The notes: a model not told the origin generated them from the letters alone. A stretch of DNA of 64,000 nucleotides from Ignavibacteria bacterium (GCA_041917655.1 JAYRXC010000004.1:7450-71449); one strand, 5' to 3'; positions 47,043 to 57,126 are shown, counted from the stretch's first letter. Made by a program: numbers and translations.

Positions 47043-48413
47043 TTATTGCAGTGAATTTACTATTCTTTTGAACTCCGCCCCGCGGTGTTCGTAATTATCA
47101 AACATATCGAAGCTTGCGCATGCAGGAGATAGCAGTACAACTTCGCCCGGCGCGGCATTATTTGTTGCCTTGCTTACTGCGTCTTCCATTGTATCCGCAA
47201 TTGTAACAGGAAGTATTTTATTAAAGTAATCGTACACTTTCTGCCGTGATTCGCCAATGGCTATTATATGTTTTACATGCTGCTTCACTTCTTTTTCTAT
47301 CTGGCTGTAATCGTTGCCCTTATCCTTGCCGCCAAGTATCAGAACAAGCGGCTCGCTGAATCCTTTAAGCGCGTACCATACTGAATTGACATTGGTAGCC
47401 TTGGAATCATTGTAATACTTCACGCCTTCGAGTGTTCTCACAAACTCAAGCCTGTGCTCAACACCCTTAAAATTCTCGAGTGTTTTCTTTATGTAATCCT
47501 TTTCAATACCGAATATTTTGGCGGAAATAACCGAAGCCATTGCATTATATACATTATGCTGGCCTTTAATTATCAGGTTCTGCGTATCGATAATATTTTC
47601 CTCGCCCATGTAGTAGAAGTAAACAAGATCGAGGTTATTCAGATACGCTCCTGTTGTAACAGAATCTTTAACAGAAGGATTCAAGCTAAATGCCGATTGC
47701 TGCACATTCGGGTTCATCCTGGTTGAGTTCTTTACCAGCTCATCATCGTAATTGAATACAAAATAATCCGTTTTATCCTGGTTTTCAGCTATTCTCATTT
47801 TTGATTCTATATACTTATCGAACGATTCATATCTATCCAGGTGATCGGGTGTAATATTCAGCAGTATCGAAATGAACGGCCTGAATGTTTTAATGTTATC
47901 AAGCTGGAAGCTGCTTGTTTCGAGAACAATAATAGACTTCTCATCCGTCTGGTCAACAACATCCGAAAATGCGATGCCGATATTTCCGCATACAAAAGTT
48001 TTGTAGCCGGCATCTTTGAACATTTCGCCAATCAACGTCGTTGTTGTTGTTTTGCCGTTGGTACCGGTGATCGCGATCACCTTGCCTTTACAGAACCATG
48101 ATGCCGCTTCAATCTCACTTACTACATCGATCCCTTTTTTTAAAGCGGTTTGAATGACTTCAGATGTTTGCGGAACACCCGGGCTCACGACCATAACATC
48201 AGCGTCATAAACCCTGCTGCTGTGGCTGCCCAGCTCATGGGCTATTTCGTTCTTTCTGATCTCTTCAAGAAAAGCGCCGCCGATCTTTTCTTCTTTGGTT
48301 GCATCGCTCAGGAACACATTCATGCCTTTGCGCTTAAGCAGCTTCGCTGCCGCTACGCCGCTTCTTGCTGCGCCAATAATTGTTGCTTTACTGTATTTAA
48401 TTTCAGTGCTCAA
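47043..48413 (-). CDS. murD: UDP-N-acetylmuramoylalanine--D-glutamate ligase
   Basis: ATIIGAARSGVAAAKLLKRKG, AITGTNGKTTTTTLIG and YNDSKATN. Confidence 0.95.
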   Translation of the reverse strand: MSTEIKYSKATIIGAARSGVAAAKLLKRKGMNVFLSDATKEEKIGGAFLEEIRKNEIAHELGSHSSRVYDADVMVVSPGVPQTSEVIQTALKKGIDVVSEIEAASWFCKGKVIAITGTNGKTTTTTLIGEMFKDAGYKTFVCGNIGIAFSDVVDQTDEKSIIVLETSSFQLDNIKTFRPFISILLNITPDHLDRYESFDKYIESKMRIAENQDKTDYFVFNYDDELVKNSTRMNPNVQQSAFSLNPSVKDSVTTGAYLNNLDLVYFYYMGEENIIDTQNLIIKGQHNVYNAMASVISAKIFGIEKDYIKKTLENFKGVEHRLEFVRTLEGVKYYNDSKATNVNSVWYALKGFSEPLVLILGGKDKGNDYSQIEKEVKQHVKHIIAIGESRQKVYDYFNKILPVTIADTMEDAVSKATNNAAPGEVVLLSPACASFDMFDNYEHRGAEFKRIVNSLQ

Positions 48414-48414
48414 T

Positions 48415-49068
48415 TTACCTTGGGAAAGTTACGCCTACGTTTAAGCCGATACCCTGGTATCTCATGTCATCAAACTCCCTGAGATAGTTGAAGTACTTCA
48501 GCTCGAGAACAATGTTAAAATCATAATTCCTGAAAAACACCGCTCCGGCTATCAGGTTCAACCCCAGGCCTCCGCGTGCTGATACTGTGGTTTTATTCGG
48601 ATCGTCCCTATCCCTGCCGATGAAGTGCAGGCCAAGTCCGCCGCCAACAAACGGGTCAATTTCTGATTTATTCGATGAACCCATGAACGGGTACATTACA
48701 TTTACGTCAAGCCCTATATCGGTAAAAGCCGGGCTGGTTTTGAACCTGAATGGAATGCTGATCTCCGCCCAGAAGCCATCGCCAACATACTTGCCGAAAG
48801 CTTCCAAAGCGATCATCTGGTTTCCGTTGAAATCGCCCTGCAGAAAGAACATACCTATCTTGCCGCCCGGGACAAAATAGATCTTCTTTGTCGGTTTCTG
48901 AAAAAGTGACTCTTTCTTCTGCAGTGACTTTGAGTTCTGAGAGCCCATGTTGAAATCTGAGGTGTTATCAGATTTTAATTTGAGCTCTGTGTTTATAAGC
49001 TGTGAATAACTCAATCCTGTTAAAAGCAGGAGTAAAATGAGGCTTTTGAAGATTGTTGTTGGTTTCAT
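48415..49068 (-). CDS. Small outer-membrane beta-barrel-like protein embedded between mraY and murD
   Basis: Signal peptide MKPTTIFKSLILLLLLTGLSYSQ. Alternating aromatic/Gly-rich strands (FVGGGLGLHFIG, ARGGLGLNLIAGAVFF, NIVLELKYFNY, GIGLNVGVTF). The stop is 1 nt before the murD start. Confidence 0.6.
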   Translation of the reverse strand: MKPTTIFKSLILLLLLTGLSYSQLINTELKLKSDNTSDFNMGSQNSKSLQKKESLFQKPTKKIYFVPGGKIGMFFLQGDFNGNQMIALEAFGKYVGDGFWAEISIPFRFKTSPAFTDIGLDVNVMYPFMGSSNKSEIDPFVGGGLGLHFIGRDRDDPNKTTVSARGGLGLNLIAGAVFFRNYDFNIVLELKYFNYLREFDDMRYQGIGLNVGVTFPR

Positions 49069-49092
49069 AATATATTCCTTATTTTAATTTTT

Positions 49093-50202
49093 TTATCTGA
49101 TCTTAAATGTTGCAAACGTAACTATCGCAAGGATGATGGCAATAATGTAATACCTTGTAACGATCTTTGGCTCGGGAATACCGTTAAGCTCAAAATGATG
49201 ATGAAGCGGCGCCATTTTCAGAATTCTTTTGCCTTCGCCGTATCTTTTCTTTGTATACTTAAAGTAATACCTTTGAGCAATAACTGAAAGTGAGGTAGCA
49301 AAAAATATTCCGCCAAGTATTGGCAGCAGGAATTCTTTCTTAACCAGTATCGATAGTGTACCAATCGCGCCTCCAAGCGCAAGCGAACCGGTATCGCCCA
49401 TTATTACCTGCGCAGGATATGAATTGAACCAAAGGAATCCCAGCGACGCGCCAACCAAAGCAGCGCAGTAAACCATCAGCTCACCGTTACCCGGAAGGTA
49501 AATGATATCAAGATAGTTGCTGAAGATCTCATTACCCGAGATGTAAGCTATTAGCCCAAGCGCTAATCCGGCAATTCCTACTGTTCCGATCGCGAGCCCG
49601 TCAATACCATCGGTCAGGTTCACTGCGTTTGAAGTAGCAGTGATAATGAATACCATGATGGGTATATACAGGTAAGAAAAATCAAACTCAATTTGTTTAA
49701 TGAACGGTATAGTTGTAACCGAATTTATCTTCTCAAATTCAGGCAGAAAAAATATCAGGCAGGCAACCACAAGCCCAAGCCCGATCTGGTTCATTAGCTT
49801 GTAGCGGGCAACCAGACCCTTCTTCATCTTTTTGAAAACCTTAAGATAATCATCTATGAAGCCTACGATCCCCATCCATACAGTTGCGAGAATTATGATT
49901 AGAATGTAAGTATTTTTGATATCACTCCACAACAGGACCGGCCCAATAATGGCGAGAATAATTATCACCCCGCCCATTGTGGGAGTTCCGGATTTTGCAA
50001 GATGGGTTTGCGGCCCATCTGCTCTTATTTCATCCGCTACTCGTTTTTTGTTAAGTACATTAAGAATCTTCGGCCCGATCCAGAATGAGATAACCATTGC
50101 TGTAATAGCTGATAGCGCAGAGCGCCATGTTAGAAATTTAAATACATCGAATCCCGGGGGATTGAAGTTTTTATTTATGTATTCAGCTAGATAATATAAC
50201 AT
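49093..50202 (-). CDS. mraY: Phospho-N-acetylmuramoyl-pentapeptide transferase
   Basis: KSGTPTMGG, GFIDDYLK, NAVNLTDGIDGLA, MGDTGSLALGG and APLHHHFE. Confidence 0.97.
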   Translation of the reverse strand: MLYYLAEYINKNFNPPGFDVFKFLTWRSALSAITAMVISFWIGPKILNVLNKKRVADEIRADGPQTHLAKSGTPTMGGVIIILAIIGPVLLWSDIKNTYILIIILATVWMGIVGFIDDYLKVFKKMKKGLVARYKLMNQIGLGLVVACLIFFLPEFEKINSVTTIPFIKQIEFDFSYLYIPIMVFIITATSNAVNLTDGIDGLAIGTVGIAGLALGLIAYISGNEIFSNYLDIIYLPGNGELMVYCAALVGASLGFLWFNSYPAQVIMGDTGSLALGGAIGTLSILVKKEFLLPILGGIFFATSLSVIAQRYYFKYTKKRYGEGKRILKMAPLHHHFELNGIPEPKIVTRYYIIAIILAIVTFATFKIR

Positions 50203-50240
50203 TTGATCAGTATGATCCGGTCTTCTTAATTATTTAATAT

Positions 50241-51635
50241 TTAGTTAACTGATATTTTATCAATAACTTCTTCCATCTTCATTGTGCGTGAACCTTTTAC
50301 CAGCACTACATCACCTTTCCGCAGGTTCATTCTTAGGAATTCTGCCATTACACTTTTATCTTCGAAATGAAAATTATTCCTTACACCCTTAGCTCCAAGG
50401 AAAGTCTGGTATGAATCCCTGCCATGAGTAAGCAGGTTATCGAATTTCATTTTTTTAACCAGCTCACCAATATTTTTGTGCTCTTTCCTGCTTTCTCTGC
50501 CAAGCTCAAGCATATCCCCGAGGCATATAAACTGTTTCCCTTTCAGCTTATATGCCTTCAGATTTTCAAGCGCGGCCTTAACGGAATCCGGGTTGGAATT
50601 ATATGAATCATCGATAACCCAAACCCCGTTAATGCTCTTTAGCTGATTGCGCCTGTTTGACTCAATTTTATATCCGGATACCGCTTTTGTTATGTCGCGA
50701 ACCGGGACTTCGAAGTAGAAACCAGCTGCGGCCGCAATAAGCGCAGCCCTGCAGCTTTGGTACCCGATATTTTTTAATTGAGCTTTAATTTTTTTATTTC
50801 CGTACTTAATTTCTAATTCAGGAAAAAACTTATTAAACTTCAGTATCTTTCCTTTAACTTCTGCCTTTTTATCGAACCCGAAAGATACAGTCTTAATATT
50901 TTTTCTCTTCCGGTATCCGGCGAGATACTTATCATCTGCATTCAGGAAAAATGTGCCAAAAACTGTTTCCAGGTATTTAACCAGCTCGCCTTCGGCTTTT
51001 GCAGCACCGCTGATGCTTTTCAGGAATTCAAGGTGCTCTTTGCCGATATTCGTTATCACACCGAACTGCGGTTCCAGGATCTCCGAAAGGTACTTTACTT
51101 CACCGAAGTGATTTGTGCCAACCTCAATAACCGCCATATCATGCTTTTTGTTGAGCCTGAAAATCGTCAGCGGGACTCCAAGCTGGTTATTCAGGTTGCC
51201 TTCGGTTTTAAGTACATTGTACTTTTTAGAAAGAACGTAAGCTACAAAATCTTTTGTCGATGTTTTGCCGTTGCTGCCCGCTACTGCGATAACCGGGATA
51301 ACAAAATGGTTTCTGTAAATATTTGCCAGCTTTCCAATTGCTTCGACGGTATCTTTAACAACTACCAGGCTTTTGTTCTTCAAAGCCCCGAACTTCCTTT
51401 TGTTCTTGCTGTACCAGCTCTTTTGTACAACCGCGCACCTGCAGCCCCGCCTCAGTACATCAGTAACAAAATCGTGTCCGTCAAACTTCTCACCTTTTAT
51501 TGCAAAAAACAGGTAGCTTTTGCTGCATTTGCGTGAATCTATCGAAACTCCCCCGAAAGCTATTTTTTCTATATTACCGGGGTTCACAATTTCCGTACTC
51601 TTCAATTGAAACAGATCTTCAGCAGTAACGCCCAT
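50241..51635 (-). CDS. murF: UDP-N-acetylmuramoyl-tripeptide--D-alanyl-D-alanine ligase
   Basis: SIDSRK, AVAGSNGKTSTKDF, TNIGKEHLE and DSYNSNPDS. Confidence 0.93.
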   Translation of the reverse strand: MGVTAEDLFQLKSTEIVNPGNIEKIAFGGVSIDSRKCSKSYLFFAIKGEKFDGHDFVTDVLRRGCRCAVVQKSWYSKNKRKFGALKNKSLVVVKDTVEAIGKLANIYRNHFVIPVIAVAGSNGKTSTKDFVAYVLSKKYNVLKTEGNLNNQLGVPLTIFRLNKKHDMAVIEVGTNHFGEVKYLSEILEPQFGVITNIGKEHLEFLKSISGAAKAEGELVKYLETVFGTFFLNADDKYLAGYRKRKNIKTVSFGFDKKAEVKGKILKFNKFFPELEIKYGNKKIKAQLKNIGYQSCRAALIAAAAGFYFEVPVRDITKAVSGYKIESNRRNQLKSINGVWVIDDSYNSNPDSVKAALENLKAYKLKGKQFICLGDMLELGRESRKEHKNIGELVKKMKFDNLLTHGRDSYQTFLGAKGVRNNFHFEDKSVMAEFLRMNLRKGDVVLVKGSRTMKMEEVIDKISVN

Positions 51636-53122
51636 CAGCAGTATCTTTCTACAATTTCCTTATCGCTTAAATGAAATCTTGTGCCTTTTATTTCCTGGTA
51701 TGTCTCGTGTCCCTTACCGGCAATCAGGATAACATCACCTTTTTTGCTCAACTCTGCGGCTTTTTGAATTGCCAGCTCGCGGTTCTCTTCTACAGAATAA
51801 TTATCACTGGTAATTCCTGATTTGATATCCTCTATTATAGAAAGAGGTTCTTCATACCTTGGATTATCAGAAGTAATTATCACTTCATTACTCAGCTTCG
51901 CGGCAATTGCGCCCATAAGCGGACGTTTTGCTTTATCCCTGTTACCGCCGCAGCCAAACACTGTTATAATCTTTCCGCCTGAACCGTTTTCATCTATTAT
52001 CTCCCTGATCGTTTCGATTGCTTTCTGAAGCGAATCAGGCGTATGTGAATAATCTATCACAGCCTGTGCGCCATTTGCGAGCTTCAGCAGGTTAAACCTT
52101 CCATCAACAGGCTCAAACTCTGAAATATGATCCGTTATTACCGAATACCTGAGACCCAGAACTTTCAGCGCTGCAATTGCCGCAAGTATATTGTGTACGT
52201 TGAACTTCCCGGTTAACCGCGTTTTGACGGCAATCTTATCAATACCTTCGCCGTTATGCGGCACAAGTACATTAAACTTCATTCCGCGGAAGCTCATTTC
52301 AAGATCTTTTGCTGAGTAAGTTCCGCAGCCGAATCCATACGCGATCCTCTCTGCCTGTGAGTTTGAAACCATCTTTGCGCCAAACTCATCGTTGCAGTTA
52401 TAAATTGCTGCCGGTGTGATTCCTTTGGAGCCTATCCTGCCCAATGAATCAAACAGCATCTTCTTGGCACTGAAGTATTCATTCATATCATGATGAAAAT
52501 CAAGATGGTCAGGCGTTAAATTTGTAAATACCGCTGCATCGAACTCAATACCGTAAACTCTCTTTAAAGCAAGCGAGTGCGAGGAAACTTCCATCACAAC
52601 ATACTCAACCTGCTCATCAGCCATTTCTTTAAGCAGCCCGTTCAATACAATTGAATCAGGGGTAGTGTAAACAGTTTTGATGAACCTTTTATTGATGTAA
52701 TTTCCGTTTGTACCAATTAGCCCGGTCTTTTTTCCTGCGCTCTGCAGCACAAAATTTATTATCGAAGTTATAGTTGTCTTGCCGTTTGTTCCGGTAACAC
52801 CAACCATTTTTAAATTCCTGGAAGGAAATCCGTAAAATGCGCTGCTAAGGACGGCCATTGTTTTCCTTACATCACTCACCCTGTAGATACGGCTATCTGT
52901 AATACCCGGATCGCCATCTGTAAACACAGCGTTAGCGCCTCTTTCGAGTGCATCGGGTATAAACTTGTTGCCATCGCTCGTTGCACCTTTGATAGCAAAG
53001 AAAATGTCATTCTGTTCAACCTCTCCCGAGTTTGAACAGAGCTTATTGACCGCAAAGTCGAAAGTCTTTTCTATATCTACGGTCTCATTTTCCAGGTATG
53101 CTGTCATTTCAGATAGTTTCAT
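51635..53122 (-). CDS. murE: UDP-N-acetylmuramoyl-L-alanyl-D-glutamate--2,6-diaminopimelate ligase
   Basis: VGVTGTNGKTT, EVSSHSL, FTNLTPDHLDFH, and DNPR (SDNPRYEEP), the meso-DAP specificity motif. Confidence 0.95.
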   Translation of the reverse strand: MKLSEMTAYLENETVDIEKTFDFAVNKLCSNSGEVEQNDIFFAIKGATSDGNKFIPDALERGANAVFTDGDPGITDSRIYRVSDVRKTMAVLSSAFYGFPSRNLKMVGVTGTNGKTTITSIINFVLQSAGKKTGLIGTNGNYINKRFIKTVYTTPDSIVLNGLLKEMADEQVEYVVMEVSSHSLALKRVYGIEFDAAVFTNLTPDHLDFHHDMNEYFSAKKMLFDSLGRIGSKGITPAAIYNCNDEFGAKMVSNSQAERIAYGFGCGTYSAKDLEMSFRGMKFNVLVPHNGEGIDKIAVKTRLTGKFNVHNILAAIAALKVLGLRYSVITDHISEFEPVDGRFNLLKLANGAQAVIDYSHTPDSLQKAIETIREIIDENGSGGKIITVFGCGGNRDKAKRPLMGAIAAKLSNEVIITSDNPRYEEPLSIIEDIKSGITSDNYSVEENRELAIQKAAELSKKGDVILIAGKGHETYQEIKGTRFHLSDKEIVERYC

Positions 53123-55264
53123 TCAAAATTTTGAAGGTGACTCACAGTTGATAACAATTGTCTGGTTCTTCCCCAAAAGCGTGCCTGCATCAGGCGACTG
53201 TGAAAAAACTTTTCCGCTGCCGCTGAGCTTATAATCTACCCCGAGTCCGGAAAGTACCTTCAGGCACTTCCTTAAACTCAATCCCCTGAGATCAGGCATT
53301 TTCGCGGTATTATCTTTCGTACTTACATGATTCAATGATTGTGAAGTAACAAGCTTCAGTATCTTTTCGCCTTTATCGCCAGAAACCTGTTCCTGGCTTA
53401 TAACAACCGCATTCTTGCGGCTGCCGCTAACTTCGTAAGGGATCTGGTTCTCATCGAGAAACTTGATCGCGTCGGAAATGTCAAAATTCACAAGATTCAG
53501 ACTGCCTTTGTCATCAGTATTCAATGTTGCTGATGTCATCACAAAGTTTGCAGAATTCTCAGGCTGTGAGTATTCATGCAGTCCTGTCAGGTTAATGATT
53601 CGCTCTGCTATTTTCCTGAAGATCGGCGCTGATACTTTTCCGCCGTAGTATTCGCCTGCGCCCGGGGCATCTATAATTACGGCAACAACCATTTGCGGAT
53701 TTTCTGCCGGGAAATAACCAATGAATGATGAAGTATATTTACTCTTTGAGTACTTGCCTTCAACCATCTTTTGCGATGTACCTGTTTTGCCGGCAATCTT
53801 GATATTCTCAATCATAGCATCCTTGCCGGTTCCTCTTTCAACTACGCCCACAAACAGCTCAGTTAATATCTTGGCAGTATTTTTCGAGATCACATTTCTT
53901 ATCTCCGTAGGCTGGTATTCTTTTATCAGCGTACCATCGGGAGCAAGTATTTTTTTAATTACGAAAGGCTTCATCATCATTCCGCCGTTGGCTACACATG
54001 CATAAGCATTCGCCATTTGCAGAGATGTAACCAGCACTTCGTATCCAATTGCCATGTAATTCAATGAGACCGGCGAGAACTCAACCGGTTTTTTAAGCCT
54101 TCCCTTCATTTCGCCCGGGAGGTCGAGACCTGCAGTAATGCCAAAGCCGAAATCCCTGGCGTACTTGTAGAATCTTTCCCTGCCCAGCCTGTTGGCGATC
54201 TGTATTGTGCCTACATTGCTCGATTGCTCAATTACCTGCTGGAATGTTAAGCTGGAGAATTTGTGCGCGTCTTTAATGTTCATGTATTCGCCGCCGTACG
54301 TATTGATCACATCATACTTGCCGAGGAGGCTTTCTTCAAGCGATGCTGCTGCTGTTACGATCTTGAACGTTGAGCCCGGTTCGTAGAGATCAGTTATCTC
54401 GGTGATCCTGTCCTGGCTGCTTCCATCAAGCGAAATGGAATTCATTGCAAGTATCTCGCCTGTCTTGACATTCATCACAATTACTTTACCTCCAAGCGAG
54501 CTGTTCGCATCAACACCAGCTTCAAGCTCTTCCTCAACTATTTTTTGGATATTCATATCGATAGTGAGGATGACGTTGTTGCCGTCAATCGGCTCCTGCC
54601 TGGGGAATTCAACAGCGGGGCGTTTCCTGCCGAGGCCGTCTTTCTGCATCACAACATAACCTTCACGTCCTGAAAGCATATCGTTCAGCTCAAGCTCAAT
54701 TCCGCTTAAGCCTGTATTATCAATATTCGTTAAGCCAACAATGCGGGATGAAAGCTTATCGTAATTGAATACACGGTTAGGCTCATTAAGCTTAATTACA
54801 CCTGTCAGATTCAGGTCTTTGACCTGAGGTTCATATTTAGGGTCGATCCTGCGCTCAAGCCAGATGAATGAAGTATTGCGGGTATTAAGCTTATCAAGGT
54901 AGTAGCTCTTATCCTTGCCGAATATTCCCGAAAATATCTGCGCCACGGAATCTTTGTTATCCACCATGTTGGGATCGGCGGCAAAGCTGTACATATTGAT
55001 GTTCGATACCAGCGCGTTCATTTTCCTATCGAAAACAATTCCGCGTGAAGGCTTTAGGAGTATCTTGCTCTCGTACTGCTTTTTGGCTGCAAGGCGGTAT
55101 TTCCCTGATTCCACAACCTGGATTGTGAACAGCTTATACAGGATAACTATAAACAGTAAAGCGAATACTGCCATGAAGATCGTTATTCTTCTGTCAACAT
55201 TCGCCTTAATGTTTGAACCTGTTCTTTCCCGCATATTTACTTCCCGGGCGGCACAACCGCCCAC
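53123..55264 (-). CDS. ftsI: Division transpeptidase FtsI (class B PBP) with two C-terminal PASTA-like domains
   Basis: A TM anchor, a PBP dimerisation domain, EPGSTFK (SxxK), SSN and KTGT motifs. The C-terminus has ...MPDLRGLSLRKCLKVLSGLGVDYKLSGSGKVFSQSPDAGTLLGKNQTIVINC (PASTA). The ORF opens with GTG at 55264; the ATG at 55234 (MRERTG...) is an alternative start. Confidence 0.92.
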   Translation of the reverse strand: MGGCAAREVNMRERTGSNIKANVDRRITIFMAVFALLFIVILYKLFTIQVVESGKYRLAAKKQYESKILLKPSRGIVFDRKMNALVSNINMYSFAADPNMVDNKDSVAQIFSGIFGKDKSYYLDKLNTRNTSFIWLERRIDPKYEPQVKDLNLTGVIKLNEPNRVFNYDKLSSRIVGLTNIDNTGLSGIELELNDMLSGREGYVVMQKDGLGRKRPAVEFPRQEPIDGNNVILTIDMNIQKIVEEELEAGVDANSSLGGKVIVMNVKTGEILAMNSISLDGSSQDRITEITDLYEPGSTFKIVTAAASLEESLLGKYDVINTYGGEYMNIKDAHKFSSLTFQQVIEQSSNVGTIQIANRLGRERFYKYARDFGFGITAGLDLPGEMKGRLKKPVEFSPVSLNYMAIGYEVLVTSLQMANAYACVANGGMMMKPFVIKKILAPDGTLIKEYQPTEIRNVISKNTAKILTELFVGVVERGTGKDAMIENIKIAGKTGTSQKMVEGKYSKSKYTSSFIGYFPAENPQMVVAVIIDAPGAGEYYGGKVSAPIFRKIAERIINLTGLHEYSQPENSANFVMTSATLNTDDKGSLNLVNFDISDAIKFLDENQIPYEVSGSRKNAVVISQEQVSGDKGEKILKLVTSQSLNHVSTKDNTAKMPDLRGLSLRKCLKVLSGLGVDYKLSGSGKVFSQSPDAGTLLGKNQTIVINCESPSKF

Positions 55265-55277
55265 CGGCTCAATTATT

Positions 55278-55592
55278 TTATTGAGTTATGTGATCTAAAT
55301 CGGATTTATCAATAACTATTTTTTTAGGTTTGCTGGTTGAATACTGCAGGCCAAGCTTATCAACAGCAGTATTCTTAATATTATCAAAATTGGTTAAGCG
55401 CTCTATTTCCGTCTGTAAATTGTTGTTAACTGTAGTGGTCTTTGTAATTTCCGTGCGGATATTATTGCTTTCTACAACAAGAGAATTTACTGCGATAATG
55501 TTGTTAACAAAGAAAACTATTATTCCCGCGGTTATGAAAAGCATAACCATTAGGTTGAATAGCGAAATTTTTCTTTGTTTTGGGCTTCTCAT
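55278..55592 (-). CDS. ftsL: FtsL-like cell division protein
   Basis: 104 aa with one TM (LFNLMVMLFITAGIIVFFV) followed by a coiled coil. Located between rsmH and ftsI. Confidence 0.75.
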   Translation of the reverse strand: MRSPKQRKISLFNLMVMLFITAGIIVFFVNNIIAVNSLVVESNNIRTEITKTTTVNNNLQTEIERLTNFDNIKNTAVDKLGLQYSTSKPKKIVIDKSDLDHITQ

Positions 55593-55651
55593 TTTGATGG
55601 TCTTGTTTGCTGCGCCCTGTTTATGTTATTATATGATCCTGTGCTGCTTTG

Positions 55652-56662
55652 TTATTGGTATTCTTTTTGCCGTTTTGATTGATACTTATTCTTTGATGCC
55701 GATCTTGCTTCTGAATTTTTCTCAGCTGCCCTGAGCTTTGCACTTCTTGCTCTCACATTCGCGGCAGTTTCTTCTTCTGTTGGCTCAAGCGGCTTTTTGG
55801 TCAACACCCTGAGCTTTTCGTTTGATCTGAGCGAGTTCTTAACTATTCTGTCTTCAAGCGAGTGGTATGATACTGCCACAATTCTTCCGCCCTCTTCAAG
55901 CAGGTCTGCTCCGTCCATTAGGACTTTTTCCAGATTTTCAAGCTCGCCGTTCACTTCTATCCGTATTGCCTGGAATAACCTTGAGAGATCGCTGTTCAGA
56001 AACCTTGGCGGAACTTTCTCCTCCAGCAGCCTGACCAGATCGAAAGTAGTTGCGAATTTCTTCTCTGCCCTCCGGAGTGTGATCTCCTTTGCGATCTGCC
56101 TGCTGTAACGCATTTCGCCGTACTCGAACAGTATCCGCGCTATTTCCTTCTCGCTGTATGTATTCAGAACGTCTTTTGCAGTCAGCCCCTGCTCTTTTCC
56201 GGCCCGCATATCAAGTTCTGTATCTCTTTGATAGCTGAAGCCGTCTTCGCTGCTAAGCTGGTAAGTTGATAGACCGAGATCCATCACAATACCGCTTACG
56301 TTTTCAAAACCATTTTTCGCTGCAGCAATTTTGATGTCGCTGAAGTTTCCTTTAAAAAAACGAACCCTTTCACCGAAACCTGCTAAAACTTTTCTGCTGT
56401 GTTCAATCGCATTAACATCCCTGTCAATTGCAATTACTACAGCGTTTCGTGGTGCTGATCCTAATATTTTCTTTGTATAACCGCCGCCTCCGAGTGTGCA
56501 GTCAACATAAACCCTTGTATCTGTATCTATTGTATCATCAATCGCTGAATCTGAACCAAGTGTACCTCCCTGCTGCTTTGCATTTGCTGCCAATTGGCTT
56601 CCAAGCAGGTACTCCGTTGCTTCTGTTAACATTACCGGCTCATGGTAGAACTCGTCATTCAA
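55652..56662 (-). CDS. rsmH: 16S rRNA (cytosine1402-N4)-methyltransferase
   Basis: HEPVMLTEATEYL, DCTLGGGGY, DLGLSTYQL and VSYHSLEDRIVK. It carries an extra ~25-30 aa insert before the SAM-binding loop and a basic tail. Confidence 0.92.
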   Translation of the reverse strand: MNDEFYHEPVMLTEATEYLLGSQLAANAKQQGGTLGSDSAIDDTIDTDTRVYVDCTLGGGGYTKKILGSAPRNAVVIAIDRDVNAIEHSRKVLAGFGERVRFFKGNFSDIKIAAAKNGFENVSGIVMDLGLSTYQLSSEDGFSYQRDTELDMRAGKEQGLTAKDVLNTYSEKEIARILFEYGEMRYSRQIAKEITLRRAEKKFATTFDLVRLLEEKVPPRFLNSDLSRLFQAIRIEVNGELENLEKVLMDGADLLEEGGRIVAVSYHSLEDRIVKNSLRSNEKLRVLTKKPLEPTEEETAANVRARSAKLRAAEKNSEARSASKNKYQSKRQKEYQ

Positions 56663-56664
56663 TT

Positions 56665-57126
56665 CTACTGGCCGGTATTATTGGTATAAAGCTTGGTCAT
56701 TACTTTTTGCATAACACCTTCATACGATTCATTGCCGCCGGTTATATACTTATCATATACAGCTGGATCCCAAACTTCTATCCTTTCAAGCTGGCCTATT
56801 AACAGTATCTCTTTTTTAATACCTGCGATCTTAAGCAGATCCTGTGGAATCAATATCCTATGCTGCGAATCAATTGAAAGCTCATCTGCATGAAAAAGCA
56901 TCTGCCTTCTCATGGAAACTTCGTCGCCTGTGTATGGATTTGTGCTCTGTACGGTTTTCAGAACCTTGGTCCACTCATAGGACGGAAAGAGCCAAATACA
57001 AGTATCCCTTCCCAAAGTAACATTAAGAATGTTATTTGTTTCAGGCAGTATATGCCTGCGGAATTTGGCCGGTATGATTAACCTGCCTTTTTCATCGATG
57101 CTGGTATTTGTGTGCCCTTGAAACAA
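56665..57126 (-). CDS. mraZ: Transcriptional regulator MraZ
   Basis: MFQGHTNTSIDEKGRLIIPAKFR and the second SpoVT/AbrB-like half (SIDSQHRILIPQDLL). First gene of the dcw cluster. Confidence 0.95.
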   Translation of the reverse strand: MFQGHTNTSIDEKGRLIIPAKFRRHILPETNNILNVTLGRDTCIWLFPSYEWTKVLKTVQSTNPYTGDEVSMRRQMLFHADELSIDSQHRILIPQDLLKIAGIKKEILLIGQLERIEVWDPAVYDKYITGGNESYEGVMQKVMTKLYTNNTGQ

